From positions 1-31,949 of the forward strand of contig JAYZFK010000089.1 in assembly GCA_036336835.1 (NCBI GenBank): 31,949 bases of DNA, read 5' to 3'. Shown piece by piece: positions 1 to 8,225 of the stretch (position 1 is the stretch's first letter; each line of letters opens with the position of its first letter). Source of the DNA: Myxococcota bacterium (GTDB taxonomy: Bacteria > Myxococcota_A > UBA9160 > UBA4427). Made by a program: the position numbers and the translations under genes. The notes beneath the pieces were generated by a model that ran no database searches, was not told the origin of the DNA, and saw nothing but the letters and a program-made list of their open reading frames with translations.

Positions 1-291
1 AGCGGCCTTCGTGGCAGCGGCCTTCTTGGCGGCGACCTTCTTGGCGGCAGCCTTCTTGGCGGCGGTCTTCTTGGCGGCGGTCTTCTTGGCGGCGGTCTTC
101 TTGGCGGCGGTCTTCTTGGCGGCAGCCTTCTTGGCGGCGGCCATCCTGGAGGTCGCCTTCTTGCTCCCGGTCTTCTTGGCCGGAGCGGTCTTTCGGGATG
201 TCTTCTTGGCGGCGGCAGGCCGCTTAGCGGAAGTCTTGCGGGCGACTTTGCCTGTGGCCTTCTTCTTTGCGCTGGTCTTTCTTGCAGTCAT
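1..291 (-). CDS. Lys/Ala-rich histone H1-like (AAKK repeat) protein or N-terminal domain; runs off the window's left edge
   Basis: Reverse strand from ATG at 291 reads MTARKTSAKKKATGKVARKTSAKRPAAAKKTSRKTAPAKKTGSKKATSRMAAAKKAAAKKTAAKKTAAKK... with no stop before position 1. Not in the ORF track because the stop is outside the window. Confidence 0.85.
   Translation of the reverse strand, partial: MTARKTSAKKKATGKVARKTSAKRPAAAKKTSRKTAPAKKTGSKKATSRMAAAKKAAAKKTAAKKTAAKKTAAKKTAAKKAAAKKVAAKKAAATKAA
22..141. repeat. 15-bp tandem repeat, 8 units (CTTCTTGGCGGCNNN), encoding xAAKK pentapeptides
   Basis: Units start at 22, 37, 52, 67, 82, 97, 112 and 127. The four units at 52-111 are identical (CTTCTTGGCGGCGGT). 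Confidence 0.95.
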
Positions 292-533
292 CGCGGGAAT
301 CCGAGGCCTTAGCGCCCGTGGCTCAGCCGAGTAGCGAGCACCGGAAAGTCGGGCGACACGCAGTAGGGAAGCACTCGAGAACGTCCTTTCGGGGGAGGCT
401 GCCGCGGCGTATAGCACAGCGATCTGGCTCCGGGAAGCGCACTACCGCCTCGCCCGCGGGGTAGCAGGTGCGGTGTGGAGTGTGCGACACGGCGTCGAAT
501 AGGGGAGGGCTGGTCGCCCCGTGGCGCCTCGGA

Positions 534-1514
534 TCAGCGGGTGGGCGCGACCAGCCAGATGTTGCGATAGACGACAGGGTTCCAGTGATCTTGCAGGGTG
601 AGCGGCTGGGGGGCCGGCGCCTCGTCCGCTCCCTGGCCAGTCGGCCCCGGAAGCGCCAGGTCGTCGTGGATCTGGACTCCGTTGTGACGCACCGTGATCC
701 GAGCGGGTTCCGTGCGCTCTCCTGCGTCGTCGAAGCGAGCGGCGCGAAAGTCGATGTCGTAGGTCTGCCAGACGAGCGGAGGCAGCGCCATGTTCACGCT
801 GGGGGCGGCGACCTGGTAGATCGCCCCGCACTCGTTCGCGGTTCCCTCGAGCCCGAACGAGTCGAGCACCTGGACCTCGTAGCGGCCCTGCAGGTACACA
901 CCGCTGTTGCCGCGCGCCTGGCCGCGCGAGCTCGGCATGAAGGGTGTGCGGAACTCGAGGTGGACCCGGGCATCGCCAAAGTTCGCCTTGCTGGTGGCAC
1001 CGGCCTCGAGGAAGCCACGTTCATCGATGCTGCCGTCGAAGGCGTTCGTGTTGCCGTCGAACAGCACGACCGCGCCGGCCGGCGGTGGGGCACCGAGGGT
1101 GGGGCTGGTGCGCTCGATTCGGCCGAGGTCGAAGCGGAGGCCGCTCGCGTCGTGCCCGTGAAGCCGTCCGTTGGCCTGGTGGGCGAGCAGCCCGGAGCCC
1201 GCGAAGCGCACCGAGTCGCCGCGGCGCTCGCCCCGGAAGACGGTCCGCGTCTCAGGCTCCCGACCACGGTCTGGTAGACCCGGGGAGATCATGACCAGAT
1301 CGAACTCGCCACCACCGAGTGCAATTACCTGCGCGGCAAGCTCAGAGCCCGGAGTGGCGTACTCACCCTGGACGAGGTAGTCGCGGCCGGCGTCAGCGGG
1401 CTCGAGATAGGCCGGTCCGCAGGCCACTCCGAGCAGGGCGAGCGAGAGCGGTGCCAGGCAGGGCGGAAGCCAGAAGTCCATTCCGTGGGTCTCCCACGGT
1501 CGTGGGTGCGTCAC
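534..1514 (-). CDS. DUF1080 (3-keto-disaccharide hydrolase-like) domain protein, probably exported or a lipoprotein
   Basis: Motifs VLFDG, FGDARVHLEF, GNSGVYLQGRYEVQVLDS, CGAIY, WQTYDIDF, ITVRHNGVQIHD and LQDHWNPVVYRNIW. Hydrophobic N-terminus ending LGVAC. Start may be the ATG at 1481. Confidence 0.85.
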   Translation of the reverse strand: MTHPRPWETHGMDFWLPPCLAPLSLALLGVACGPAYLEPADAGRDYLVQGEYATPGSELAAQVIALGGGEFDLVMISPGLPDRGREPETRTVFRGERRGDSVRFAGSGLLAHQANGRLHGHDASGLRFDLGRIERTSPTLGAPPPAGAVVLFDGNTNAFDGSIDERGFLEAGATSKANFGDARVHLEFRTPFMPSSRGQARGNSGVYLQGRYEVQVLDSFGLEGTANECGAIYQVAAPSVNMALPPLVWQTYDIDFRAARFDDAGERTEPARITVRHNGVQIHDDLALPGPTGQGADEAPAPQPLTLQDHWNPVVYRNIWLVAPTR

Positions 1515-1519
1515 GACGG

Positions 1520-2140
1520 CTATTGCGATGGGCTCGAGACGGCCGGCGTGCGCTCGAAGCGAGTTTCGTAACGGATCGGCTCGATGCCCGAGAGCGCCGT
1601 GATCTGTAGAACGCTCTCCACGACGAGCGTGGCGCCGCCGTCCTCCAGCCGGAAGGTGTTCGATCCGTGGGCCTGGGAGGTGCGCCAGCGCGTCTCGATG
1701 GCTTCGGCCAGGCGCCTCGAGCTGGTCGTCACCGTACCGCGATCACCGTCGAACCGACGTTCGCTGCCGTCGGTCAGGAGCGGGCGTGGCTCCCGGCCGC
1801 GCTCTCCCAGCGCGATCTCGTCCTCGTCGACGCGGAACACGTAGCGCTCCGGTGGCACGGTCGTGCGGCGCAAGATCGGGCCGGCCATGGTGCGGGTGAC
1901 CCAGGACAAATCCGCGATGGCCGCTTCGATCGACTCCAGCCGGGCCTGGTTGCTCTGGTTGGCCACCCGATGCCAGCGGCCGTCGAAGGGTGCCAGATCC
2001 TGGCTGTGGGCCGGCCCCAAGGCCGTGCAGAGGGCGGTCAGGAACAGACCGAACCGCCAGACCGTGTGCACCACGGGGCGTCCAACGCGAACGCCCCCGG
2101 CCGCGAGGCCGAGGGCGTTCTGGATGCAAGCGGGACTCAA
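1520..2140 (-). CDS. hypothetical exported protein
   Basis: Signal-peptide-like segment WRFGLFLTALCTALGPAHS followed by FDGRW and a beta-rich body. Ends 5 bp before the DUF1080 gene on the same strand. True start probably near 2070. Confidence 0.6.
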   Translation of the reverse strand: MSPACIQNALGLAAGGVRVGRPVVHTVWRFGLFLTALCTALGPAHSQDLAPFDGRWHRVANQSNQARLESIEAAIADLSWVTRTMAGPILRRTTVPPERYVFRVDEDEIALGERGREPRPLLTDGSERRFDGDRGTVTTSSRRLAEAIETRWRTSQAHGSNTFRLEDGGATLVVESVLQITALSGIEPIRYETRFERTPAVSSPSQ

Positions 2141-2297
2141 GTTAGCATTTCCGAGGTCGCCAACTCATGGACCAGCACGAGCAAAAAGGTGACCTCACGA
2201 GAGCCGGAAAATACCGCTACTTGGTTGATTTTGCGACGGAAATTTTGATGAAGAGGGGATTGTGACTTCATGAAGACCGAGCCAGGATCCAAATCCT

Positions 2298-2325
2298 ACT
2301 TTACATAATATTTCTTATCAGACGT
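2298..2325 (-). other. dif: dif site (XerC/XerD chromosome dimer resolution site)
   Basis: Minus strand reads ACGTCTGATAA GAAATA TTATGTAAAGT: 11-6-11 layout, inverted ATAA/TTAT flanking the hexamer, XerD arm close to E. coli TTATGTTAAAT. Intergenic AT-rich patch in a GC-rich window. Confidence 0.85.
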
Positions 2326-2399
2326 TCTCGGGGCGGCAAGAATCGGCCGGACAACGACGCGTCGAGCAGGACCGAGCCAGCACGTCGTCGCTCCGGCAG

Positions 2400-3143
2400 C
2401 TAGTCCGACTGCGCAGCGCGCAGCTCGCGCAGCCGTGCGGCAACGTGATCCGGAAGCACGTAGGCCGGCGCGTCGGCTTCGAGCTGCTGGAGCAGCGCCA
2501 CCGCGGCCTCGGGCTCGCCTGCGGCAGCGCGCAGGCGAGCCGACTCTGCGAGCGCGTGATAGCGCAGCGGGAAGCTCTCGATTTCACTGGCGCGGGCGTA
2601 GGCCGCGGCGGCTTCCGCGAGATTGCCGAGCGCCTCGGACTCCGCGGCGATGCGCTGCAGCAGCAGGCCCTCGAGCGGTCCCTTCGCCTGGCTGGCCGCC
2701 GCCTCCCAGCTCGTCATCGCCTGCTCGGGGCGTCCAAGCTCGACCTGCAGCTCGCCCAGATCGAGCGCGGCCAGGGCCGCCGTCGGACTGCCAGCGTGCT
2801 CTTGGATCACGGCCTCGAACTGCGCCGCGCTCGTCTCGCGGGCCGTGCGGGCCGCCTCGGGATTGGCGGGCTCGATGATGTCGATGCTGCCCGGATCGGA
2901 TCCCATCGCCTCGCGGTAGGCGCGTTGTGCAACGGCGAGCGCGTTCGCGGCCTCGACCGCGCCGCTCTCCTGGCTCGAGCTGATCACGCCCAGGCCCAGG
3001 GCCACCGCGAGGATGGCGCCCAGGACGCCGAGGATTGGCATGGGGTTCTCCCCGATCCACTGGCCGAGGCGCTCGCCGCGGCCCTGCAGGGCGTCGAGCG
3101 AAAGTCCGGTCGGATCGGGTGTCTGATGCTTTCGGGCACTCAC
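2400..3143 (-). CDS. YfgM-like membrane-anchored tetratricopeptide repeat protein
   Basis: W-x-x-E-N followed by one TM helix (PILGVLGAILAVALGLGVI), then TPR-like helices (AALAALDLGELQVELGRPEQA). Adjacent to der. GAGGTG RBS upstream of the GTG. Confidence 0.75.
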   Translation of the reverse strand: MSARKHQTPDPTGLSLDALQGRGERLGQWIGENPMPILGVLGAILAVALGLGVISSSQESGAVEAANALAVAQRAYREAMGSDPGSIDIIEPANPEAARTARETSAAQFEAVIQEHAGSPTAALAALDLGELQVELGRPEQAMTSWEAAASQAKGPLEGLLLQRIAAESEALGNLAEAAAAYARASEIESFPLRYHALAESARLRAAAGEPEAAVALLQQLEADAPAYVLPDHVAARLRELRAAQSD

Positions 3144-3221
3144 GCGGCGCTCACCTCGCTGCGTTGATTGGACGCGCGGAGTGTATCGGAGCGAACCAGG
3201 CTTTCGAGAGCCAACGCGCTT

Positions 3222-4604
3222 TCACTTGAGATCTCCGCGCCGCGAGCGCAGGCGCAGCCGGATCGGGGTCCCCGCGAAGTCGAAGCTGTCGCGCAGCTGG
3301 TTCTCGAGAAAGCGTCGGTACGACGGCGACACCGCCCGCGGATCGGTGCAGAAGAGTGCAAACGTCGGGGGGCGGGTTGCAGCCTGCGTGGCGTAGAAGA
3401 AGCGGACCGGTCGCCGCCGCGGGCCAGTGCGTGCCATCGACGGCTGGTGCCTGGCGACGGTCTGCTGGAGCCAGCGGTTGAGCTCGCTGGTGGAGATCCT
3501 GCGATTGGCCGCCTGGTGGACGCGTGCGACGGCCGGCCACAGCCGGGCCAGTCGCGCGCCGGTTCGGGCCGAGCACGCCACCACGGGAAAGTGGGAGGCG
3601 AAGCGCAGGGTGTGTTCGACCTGCGCGCGCAGCCGCTCGCCCTGCTCGGAATCGACCCGGTCCCACTTGTTCAGCACCACCACGGCGGCACAGCCGCGCT
3701 CGAGCACCAGGCTGGCCACGCGCGCGTCCTGATCGCCGACACCAGCCTGGGCGTCGAGCACGATCAACGCAACCTCGGCGCGCTCGAGCGAGCGAACCGT
3801 CATCAGCGCGCTGCCCCGCTCGACCTGCTGGCTTCGCTTGGCGGCGCGGCGCAGCCCGGCGGTGTCGACCAGGACGAACGCCTGACTCGGCTGGCCGGCT
3901 GCGCTTCGCTCGATTCGCACGTCGATCGAGTCTCGCGTCGTGCCGGGCACTTCGGAGACGACGACGCGCTCCTGGCCGGCGAGCTTGTTGACGAGCGAGC
4001 TCTTGCCGGCGTTCGGCCGGCCCACGATCGCGATCCGGATTGCGCTGTCCTCTGCCGCGGGCTCCTGCTGTGGCGCTGCGGGCAAGGCCGCGACCAGGGC
4101 TTCGAGCAGGTCGAAAGCGCCCTTCCCGTGCTCGGCCGAGATCGGCTGCATCGGCTCCAGCCCGAGCGCGTGGAACTCGTGAACGCGGATGCCGTGCTCC
4201 GGTACGTCGATCTTGTTGATCGCCACCGCCAACGGCTTGTCGCTGCGCCGGAGCGTGCGCGCGATCGCCGCATCGTCGGGCAGCAGCCCGGCCTTGCCGT
4301 CGACGACGAGCAGCACGGCATCCGCCTCGTCGACGGCCGAGCGCGCTTGCGCCTGCACCGCCGCGCCGAGCCGGTCGCTGGCCTGCGCATCGAGGCCCGC
4401 CGTATCGACAATCAGAATCGAGCGGCCCGCGACCTCCACCTCTTCCGCGATCCGGTCGCGCGTCAGTCCCGCGATGTTGGCGACCAGCGCTCGGCGGCGG
4501 CCCGCGTAGCGGTTGAAGAGCGTCGACTTGCCGACGTTCGGGCGCCCGACGATCGCGATGATCGGGCGGCGGGCCGCGTGCGTGGGAGTAGTACTCGGAG
4601 TCAT
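3222..4604 (-). CDS. der: ribosome biogenesis GTPase Der (EngA)
   Basis: Two tandem G domains (GRPNVGKS/GLTRD/DTAG/NKID and GRPNAGKS/GTTRD/DTAG/NKWD) and a C-terminal KH-like domain (YRRFLENQLRDSFDFAGTPIRL). Confidence 0.97.
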   Translation of the reverse strand: MTPSTTPTHAARRPIIAIVGRPNVGKSTLFNRYAGRRRALVANIAGLTRDRIAEEVEVAGRSILIVDTAGLDAQASDRLGAAVQAQARSAVDEADAVLLVVDGKAGLLPDDAAIARTLRRSDKPLAVAINKIDVPEHGIRVHEFHALGLEPMQPISAEHGKGAFDLLEALVAALPAAPQQEPAAEDSAIRIAIVGRPNAGKSSLVNKLAGQERVVVSEVPGTTRDSIDVRIERSAAGQPSQAFVLVDTAGLRRAAKRSQQVERGSALMTVRSLERAEVALIVLDAQAGVGDQDARVASLVLERGCAAVVVLNKWDRVDSEQGERLRAQVEHTLRFASHFPVVACSARTGARLARLWPAVARVHQAANRRISTSELNRWLQQTVARHQPSMARTGPRRRPVRFFYATQAATRPPTFALFCTDPRAVSPSYRRFLENQLRDSFDFAGTPIRLRLRSRRGDLK

Positions 4605-4747
4605 GGCATTCGTGCTGCAAGGATCCTAGCCGTCTGCAGGCTGAACGCTGTGGGCGGTCACTCGGCTTGACAACCACTTCGAGCCGCTCGTAGGCTCGCG
4701 GTTCGATCTGGGCCGCGCGCTGCGCTGGTGCCGTCGGAGGATCTGTC

Positions 4748-5212
4748 TTGAGCACCCATGGTCCGCACCCCCCCGCGCGCTGGCTCGGCCTGATCGCCGG
4801 CGTCGTGCTGCTGAGCAGCGCGGCAGTGCCGGCTGCGGCGACGCCGCAGACGCTGCTCCGCGGCATCGGCAACGTTGCGCTCGCCCCACTCGATGCGGCG
4901 CTGGCGCCGGTGAGCACGTTCATCGGGCTGCGTCAGAACCTCGAGAACATCGAAGATTCGCCGGGCGTGCGGATGTTCTATCCGCTGCCCGCCTACTTCT
5001 ATGCAGTGGGACTCCAGCTTGGCTGCTCCTGGATCCGGCTCACGACGGGCTTCCTCGAGGTGGCGGCGGGGGTCATCGTGCTGCCGCTCAAGACCGATAT
5101 CGATCCGCTCTTCGCGACGATCGATGACGCCGACGCGCTCGTCGAGATCGACATCGACTACATGGACTACCCGCTGCGCTTCGGCATCAACTACACCATC
5201 GCAGCCTACTGA
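4748..5212 (+). CDS. hypothetical exported/membrane protein
   Basis: Signal-like N-terminus (WLGLIAGVVLLSSAAVPAAA), GC3-rich codon use, fills the gap between divergent der and convergent miaA. Confidence 0.65.
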   Translation: MSTHGPHPPARWLGLIAGVVLLSSAAVPAAATPQTLLRGIGNVALAPLDAALAPVSTFIGLRQNLENIEDSPGVRMFYPLPAYFYAVGLQLGCSWIRLTTGFLEVAAGVIVLPLKTDIDPLFATIDDADALVEIDIDYMDYPLRFGINYTIAAY

Positions 5213-5277
5213 CGGTGCCATCCAACGAGCGGCTTCAGCGCAGCGGTCAGCAGCCAGGCCGCTGAGCCCCCAATCCG

Positions 5278-6225
5278 CTACGCCGCGAGGAATCGCTCGA
5301 CGCGTTCGAGCACTTCCTTCTCGTGGCGCGGGTCGAGCCACGTGACATCGTCGATCGCGCGAAGCCAGGTGCGCTGCCGCCGCGCGAACTGTCGAGTGTC
5401 GTGCTGCATTGCGACCACGGCGTTCGCCAGCGTGTCACTGCCGTCGACGACCGGGTTCAGATGCCGGTACCCGATCGCCTGCATCGGGCGCAGATCGGGC
5501 CCGTAGCGGCGGCGCAGCTCCCGCACCTCCCGCAGCAGGCCCTGGTCGATCATCGCCCTGCAGCGCGCGTCGATCCGCTCGTTGACGATGTCGCGGCCCG
5601 GGTCGAGCGCCAGGTGAAGGTGCTCGAAGGGACGATCCGCAAAGGCGTGCTCGGCGCGTACGATCGAGGCGCTGCGCCCCGCCCCGTCGAGGATTTCGAG
5701 GGCCCGGATGGTGCGGCGTGCGTCGTTGGGATGGATACGTGCCGCGGCATCGGGGTCGGCGCCGCGCAGTCGCTCGTGCAGTCGATGGCGGTCGCCCTCC
5801 CGGACGGCGCGCTGGTGCTCGGCTTCGAGCCTTGTTCGCAGCTCCGGGTCGGGCGGGCCGGAGTCGATCAGGCCCGCGAGGAAGCTGCGGATGTAGAGGC
5901 CGGTGCCGCCGGTCAGGACTACCAAGTGGCCGGCGTCGTGGATCGCGCGCGCACGCTCGCGGGAGTCGCGCGCGTAACGGCCGGCGCTGTACGGCACGTC
6001 CGGCGTCACGATGTCGAACAGGTGATGAGGCACGCGGCTGCGCTGATCGAGCGTGGGCTTGGCCGTCCCGATGTCCATGTGTCGGAAGACCTGCATCGAG
6101 TCGGCATTCACGATCTCGCCTCCGAAACGGAGGGCAATCTCGATGGCCAGCTGTGTCTTGCCGGCGGCGGTCGGGCCAGTCACGACCACCACTCGACCGC
6201 CGGCCGTGGTGCCCGCATCACTCAT
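5278..6225 (-). CDS. miaA: tRNA (adenosine(37)-N6)-dimethylallyltransferase
   Basis: GPTAAGKT, IVNADSMQVFRHMDIGTAKPT, PHHLFD, GGTGLY, RIHPND, QAIGY and TRQFARRQRTW. Downstream of mutL. Confidence 0.97.
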   Translation of the reverse strand: MSDAGTTAGGRVVVVTGPTAAGKTQLAIEIALRFGGEIVNADSMQVFRHMDIGTAKPTLDQRSRVPHHLFDIVTPDVPYSAGRYARDSRERARAIHDAGHLVVLTGGTGLYIRSFLAGLIDSGPPDPELRTRLEAEHQRAVREGDRHRLHERLRGADPDAAARIHPNDARRTIRALEILDGAGRSASIVRAEHAFADRPFEHLHLALDPGRDIVNERIDARCRAMIDQGLLREVRELRRRYGPDLRPMQAIGYRHLNPVVDGSDTLANAVVAMQHDTRQFARRQRTWLRAIDDVTWLDPRHEKEVLERVERFLAA

Positions 6226-6245
6226 GGCGGGAGGATGCTAGCGGA

Positions 6246-8084
6246 CTACCGTCGGCCGAAGCGTCGCTCGATCTCGGCGAGGTCGATCGCGACGGCGACC
6301 GGGCGGCCGTGGGGACAGGTCGGGGCCCAGGGGATGGTGTCGAGCTCACGCAGCAGGCCGCGCTGCTCTTCGGGCTCGAGGTGGTCGCCGGCGCGGCGGG
6401 CCGCGTGGCAGGCAAGCGTGGCAAACAGGCGGTCGACCGCCGGTAGCCAGCGCGTCGCGTCGCTGTCGAGCTCGCCCCGCACCCCTTCCGCCGCCAGCTC
6501 GCGGGCCAGCTCGCGAGCCAGTCCGGCCGGATCGCGGTCGGCCAGCAGGGCCGGGACGCCGCGCAGCAGCAGCGTGTCTTCGCCAAAGGCCTCGAGCTCG
6601 AAGCCGATCCGGCCGACCGCGTCGGCGTGCTCGCGCAGCGCCGCTACAGCGGCCGGATCGAGGGAGACCGTGAGCGGCATCAGCAGTCCCTGCGACGAGA
6701 CGCCCTGCTCCAGCCACTGTGCGCGGAGTCGCTCGTAGAGCACACGCTCGTGTGCCGCGTGCTGATCGATCAGCAGGAGCCCGCTCTCGCCCTCGACCAG
6801 CAGGTAGCTGGCCAGCAGCTGCCCGAGGCTGCGCAGCGCGCCGAGCTGGAGCGCGCGGGGCTCGGTGCCGCCCTCCCCTGCCCTCTCGGCGGTCGTTTCC
6901 GGCTCGCTCGTGTGCCGCGCGAAGAGCCAGTCCGTGGCCTCGCCGCTCCGCGCCGTCGCGGGCGGTGTCTCGCGGACGCTCGCCGCATGTTGCCCAGCCG
7001 CCCGCGCGGGCCGCTCGCTCGCTGCGGCCGGGCCGCCCAGCCAGCTGCGGCTCGAGATCGCGTCGCGCACGCTGCGTCGGATCAGCCGGTGGATCGCACG
7101 CGGGTCGGCGAAGCGAACCTCCCACTTCGCGGGATGGACGTTCACGTCGACCTCGGTGCGAGGCAGCGTCAAGAACAGCACTGCGGTGGGAAAGCGACCG
7201 CGCGGCAGCCAGTCGCGATAGACGTCCAGCAACGCCTGGCGCATCAGCCGATCGCGCACCGGTCGACCGTTGACGAACAGATGAAGTCCGTTCGTGTTGG
7301 GGCGCGTGTGCTCGGGGACCGACACGAAGGCCTGGACGTGCCCGGTCGGCTCCTCGTATTCCACGGCGACGAGCGAGGCCGCGTCGCGTTCGCTCAACAC
7401 GGCGGCGATGCGGTCGAGTGGATCCGAGGTCGCGGGCCAGACGAGCGCGGCGCGATCGTCGCGCTGGACCTCGAAGTGCACGCCCGGCAGCGCGAGCGCG
7501 AGCCGCCCCAGCCAGTCGGCGATGTGGCCCCATTCGGTCTGAGGGCGCTTCAGGAACTTGCGACGGGCGGGTACGTTGGCGAACAGGTCGGCCACCTCGA
7601 TCCGCGTCCCCTCGCCAGTTGCGACTTCTCCCTCGCTCACGACCCTGCCGGCGTCCAGGCGGATCTCGTAGCCCGTCGAGCGCTCGTCGGCGCCGCGAAG
7701 ACGTGTGCGCATTCGCAGCCGCGAGACCGAGGCGATCGAGGGGAGCGCCTCACCCCGGAATCCGAAGCTCGCGATGCGCAGCAGGTCGCCGGCCGCCGAC
7801 AGCTTGCTGGTGGCGTGCCGTTGAAGACTCAGGTGGGCATCCGAAGGGGACATCCCGACTCCGTCGTCGGTCACCGAGACCAGGGCGATTCCGCCCTCCC
7901 GGACTCCGACCCGGACCCGCCCAGCCGCAGCGTCCAGGGCGTTTTCGACCAGCTCCTTCACGACCGAGGAAGGGCGCTCGACCACCTCTCCGGCGGCGAT
8001 CTGGTCGATCACCGAATCCGCCAGCACCTGGATTCCGGCCTTCTCGCGCCCCCGCGGGCGACCGGGCTCTGTGGATTCTCTCAC
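6246..8084 (-). CDS. mutL: DNA mismatch repair endonuclease MutL
   Basis: DQIAAGEVVERPSSVVKELVENALDA, RHATSK, GFRGEALPSI, DVNVHPAKWEVRF, endonuclease motif DQHAAHERV, ACH and CPHGRP. Start placed at GTG 8084 with GAGGAG RBS (ORF track extends to 8165). Confidence 0.97.
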   Translation of the reverse strand: MRESTEPGRPRGREKAGIQVLADSVIDQIAAGEVVERPSSVVKELVENALDAAAGRVRVGVREGGIALVSVTDDGVGMSPSDAHLSLQRHATSKLSAAGDLLRIASFGFRGEALPSIASVSRLRMRTRLRGADERSTGYEIRLDAGRVVSEGEVATGEGTRIEVADLFANVPARRKFLKRPQTEWGHIADWLGRLALALPGVHFEVQRDDRAALVWPATSDPLDRIAAVLSERDAASLVAVEYEEPTGHVQAFVSVPEHTRPNTNGLHLFVNGRPVRDRLMRQALLDVYRDWLPRGRFPTAVLFLTLPRTEVDVNVHPAKWEVRFADPRAIHRLIRRSVRDAISSRSWLGGPAAASERPARAAGQHAASVRETPPATARSGEATDWLFARHTSEPETTAERAGEGGTEPRALQLGALRSLGQLLASYLLVEGESGLLLIDQHAAHERVLYERLRAQWLEQGVSSQGLLMPLTVSLDPAAVAALREHADAVGRIGFELEAFGEDTLLLRGVPALLADRDPAGLARELARELAAEGVRGELDSDATRWLPAVDRLFATLACHAARRAGDHLEPEEQRGLLRELDTIPWAPTCPHGRPVAVAIDLAEIERRFGRR

Positions 8085-8158
8085 GCTTGCTCCTCGAATC
8101 CGGTTACACTCTAGTAACTTGAGGCAGTGGGTGGCTGCTCTCGTACTCGCAGTCAGCA

Positions 8159-8187
8159 TTGACAACAGCTTGATTTATAAATATTTT
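8159..8187 (+). promoter_or_regulatory. candidate sigma-70 promoter with overlapping IHF consensus site
   Basis: TTGACA (8159-8164), 17-bp spacer, TATTTT (8182-8187), about 40 bp upstream of ATG 8226. The reverse complement of 8163-8175 is AATCAAGCTGTTG, a full match to WATCAANNNNTTR. Confidence 0.55.
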
Positions 8188-8225
8188 TCCCGGCAGCCGC
8201 AAACCGCCTACGGGGGCTTTAGGCC

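Noticed and set aside
22..141. Regular repeats as a possible CRISPR array
   Set aside because: 15-bp head-to-tail coding repeats with no spacers and no cas genes.
11..334. + strand ORF with AAVFL repeats resembling a membrane or pentapeptide protein
   Set aside because: It is the antisense shadow of the AAKK-repeat gene.
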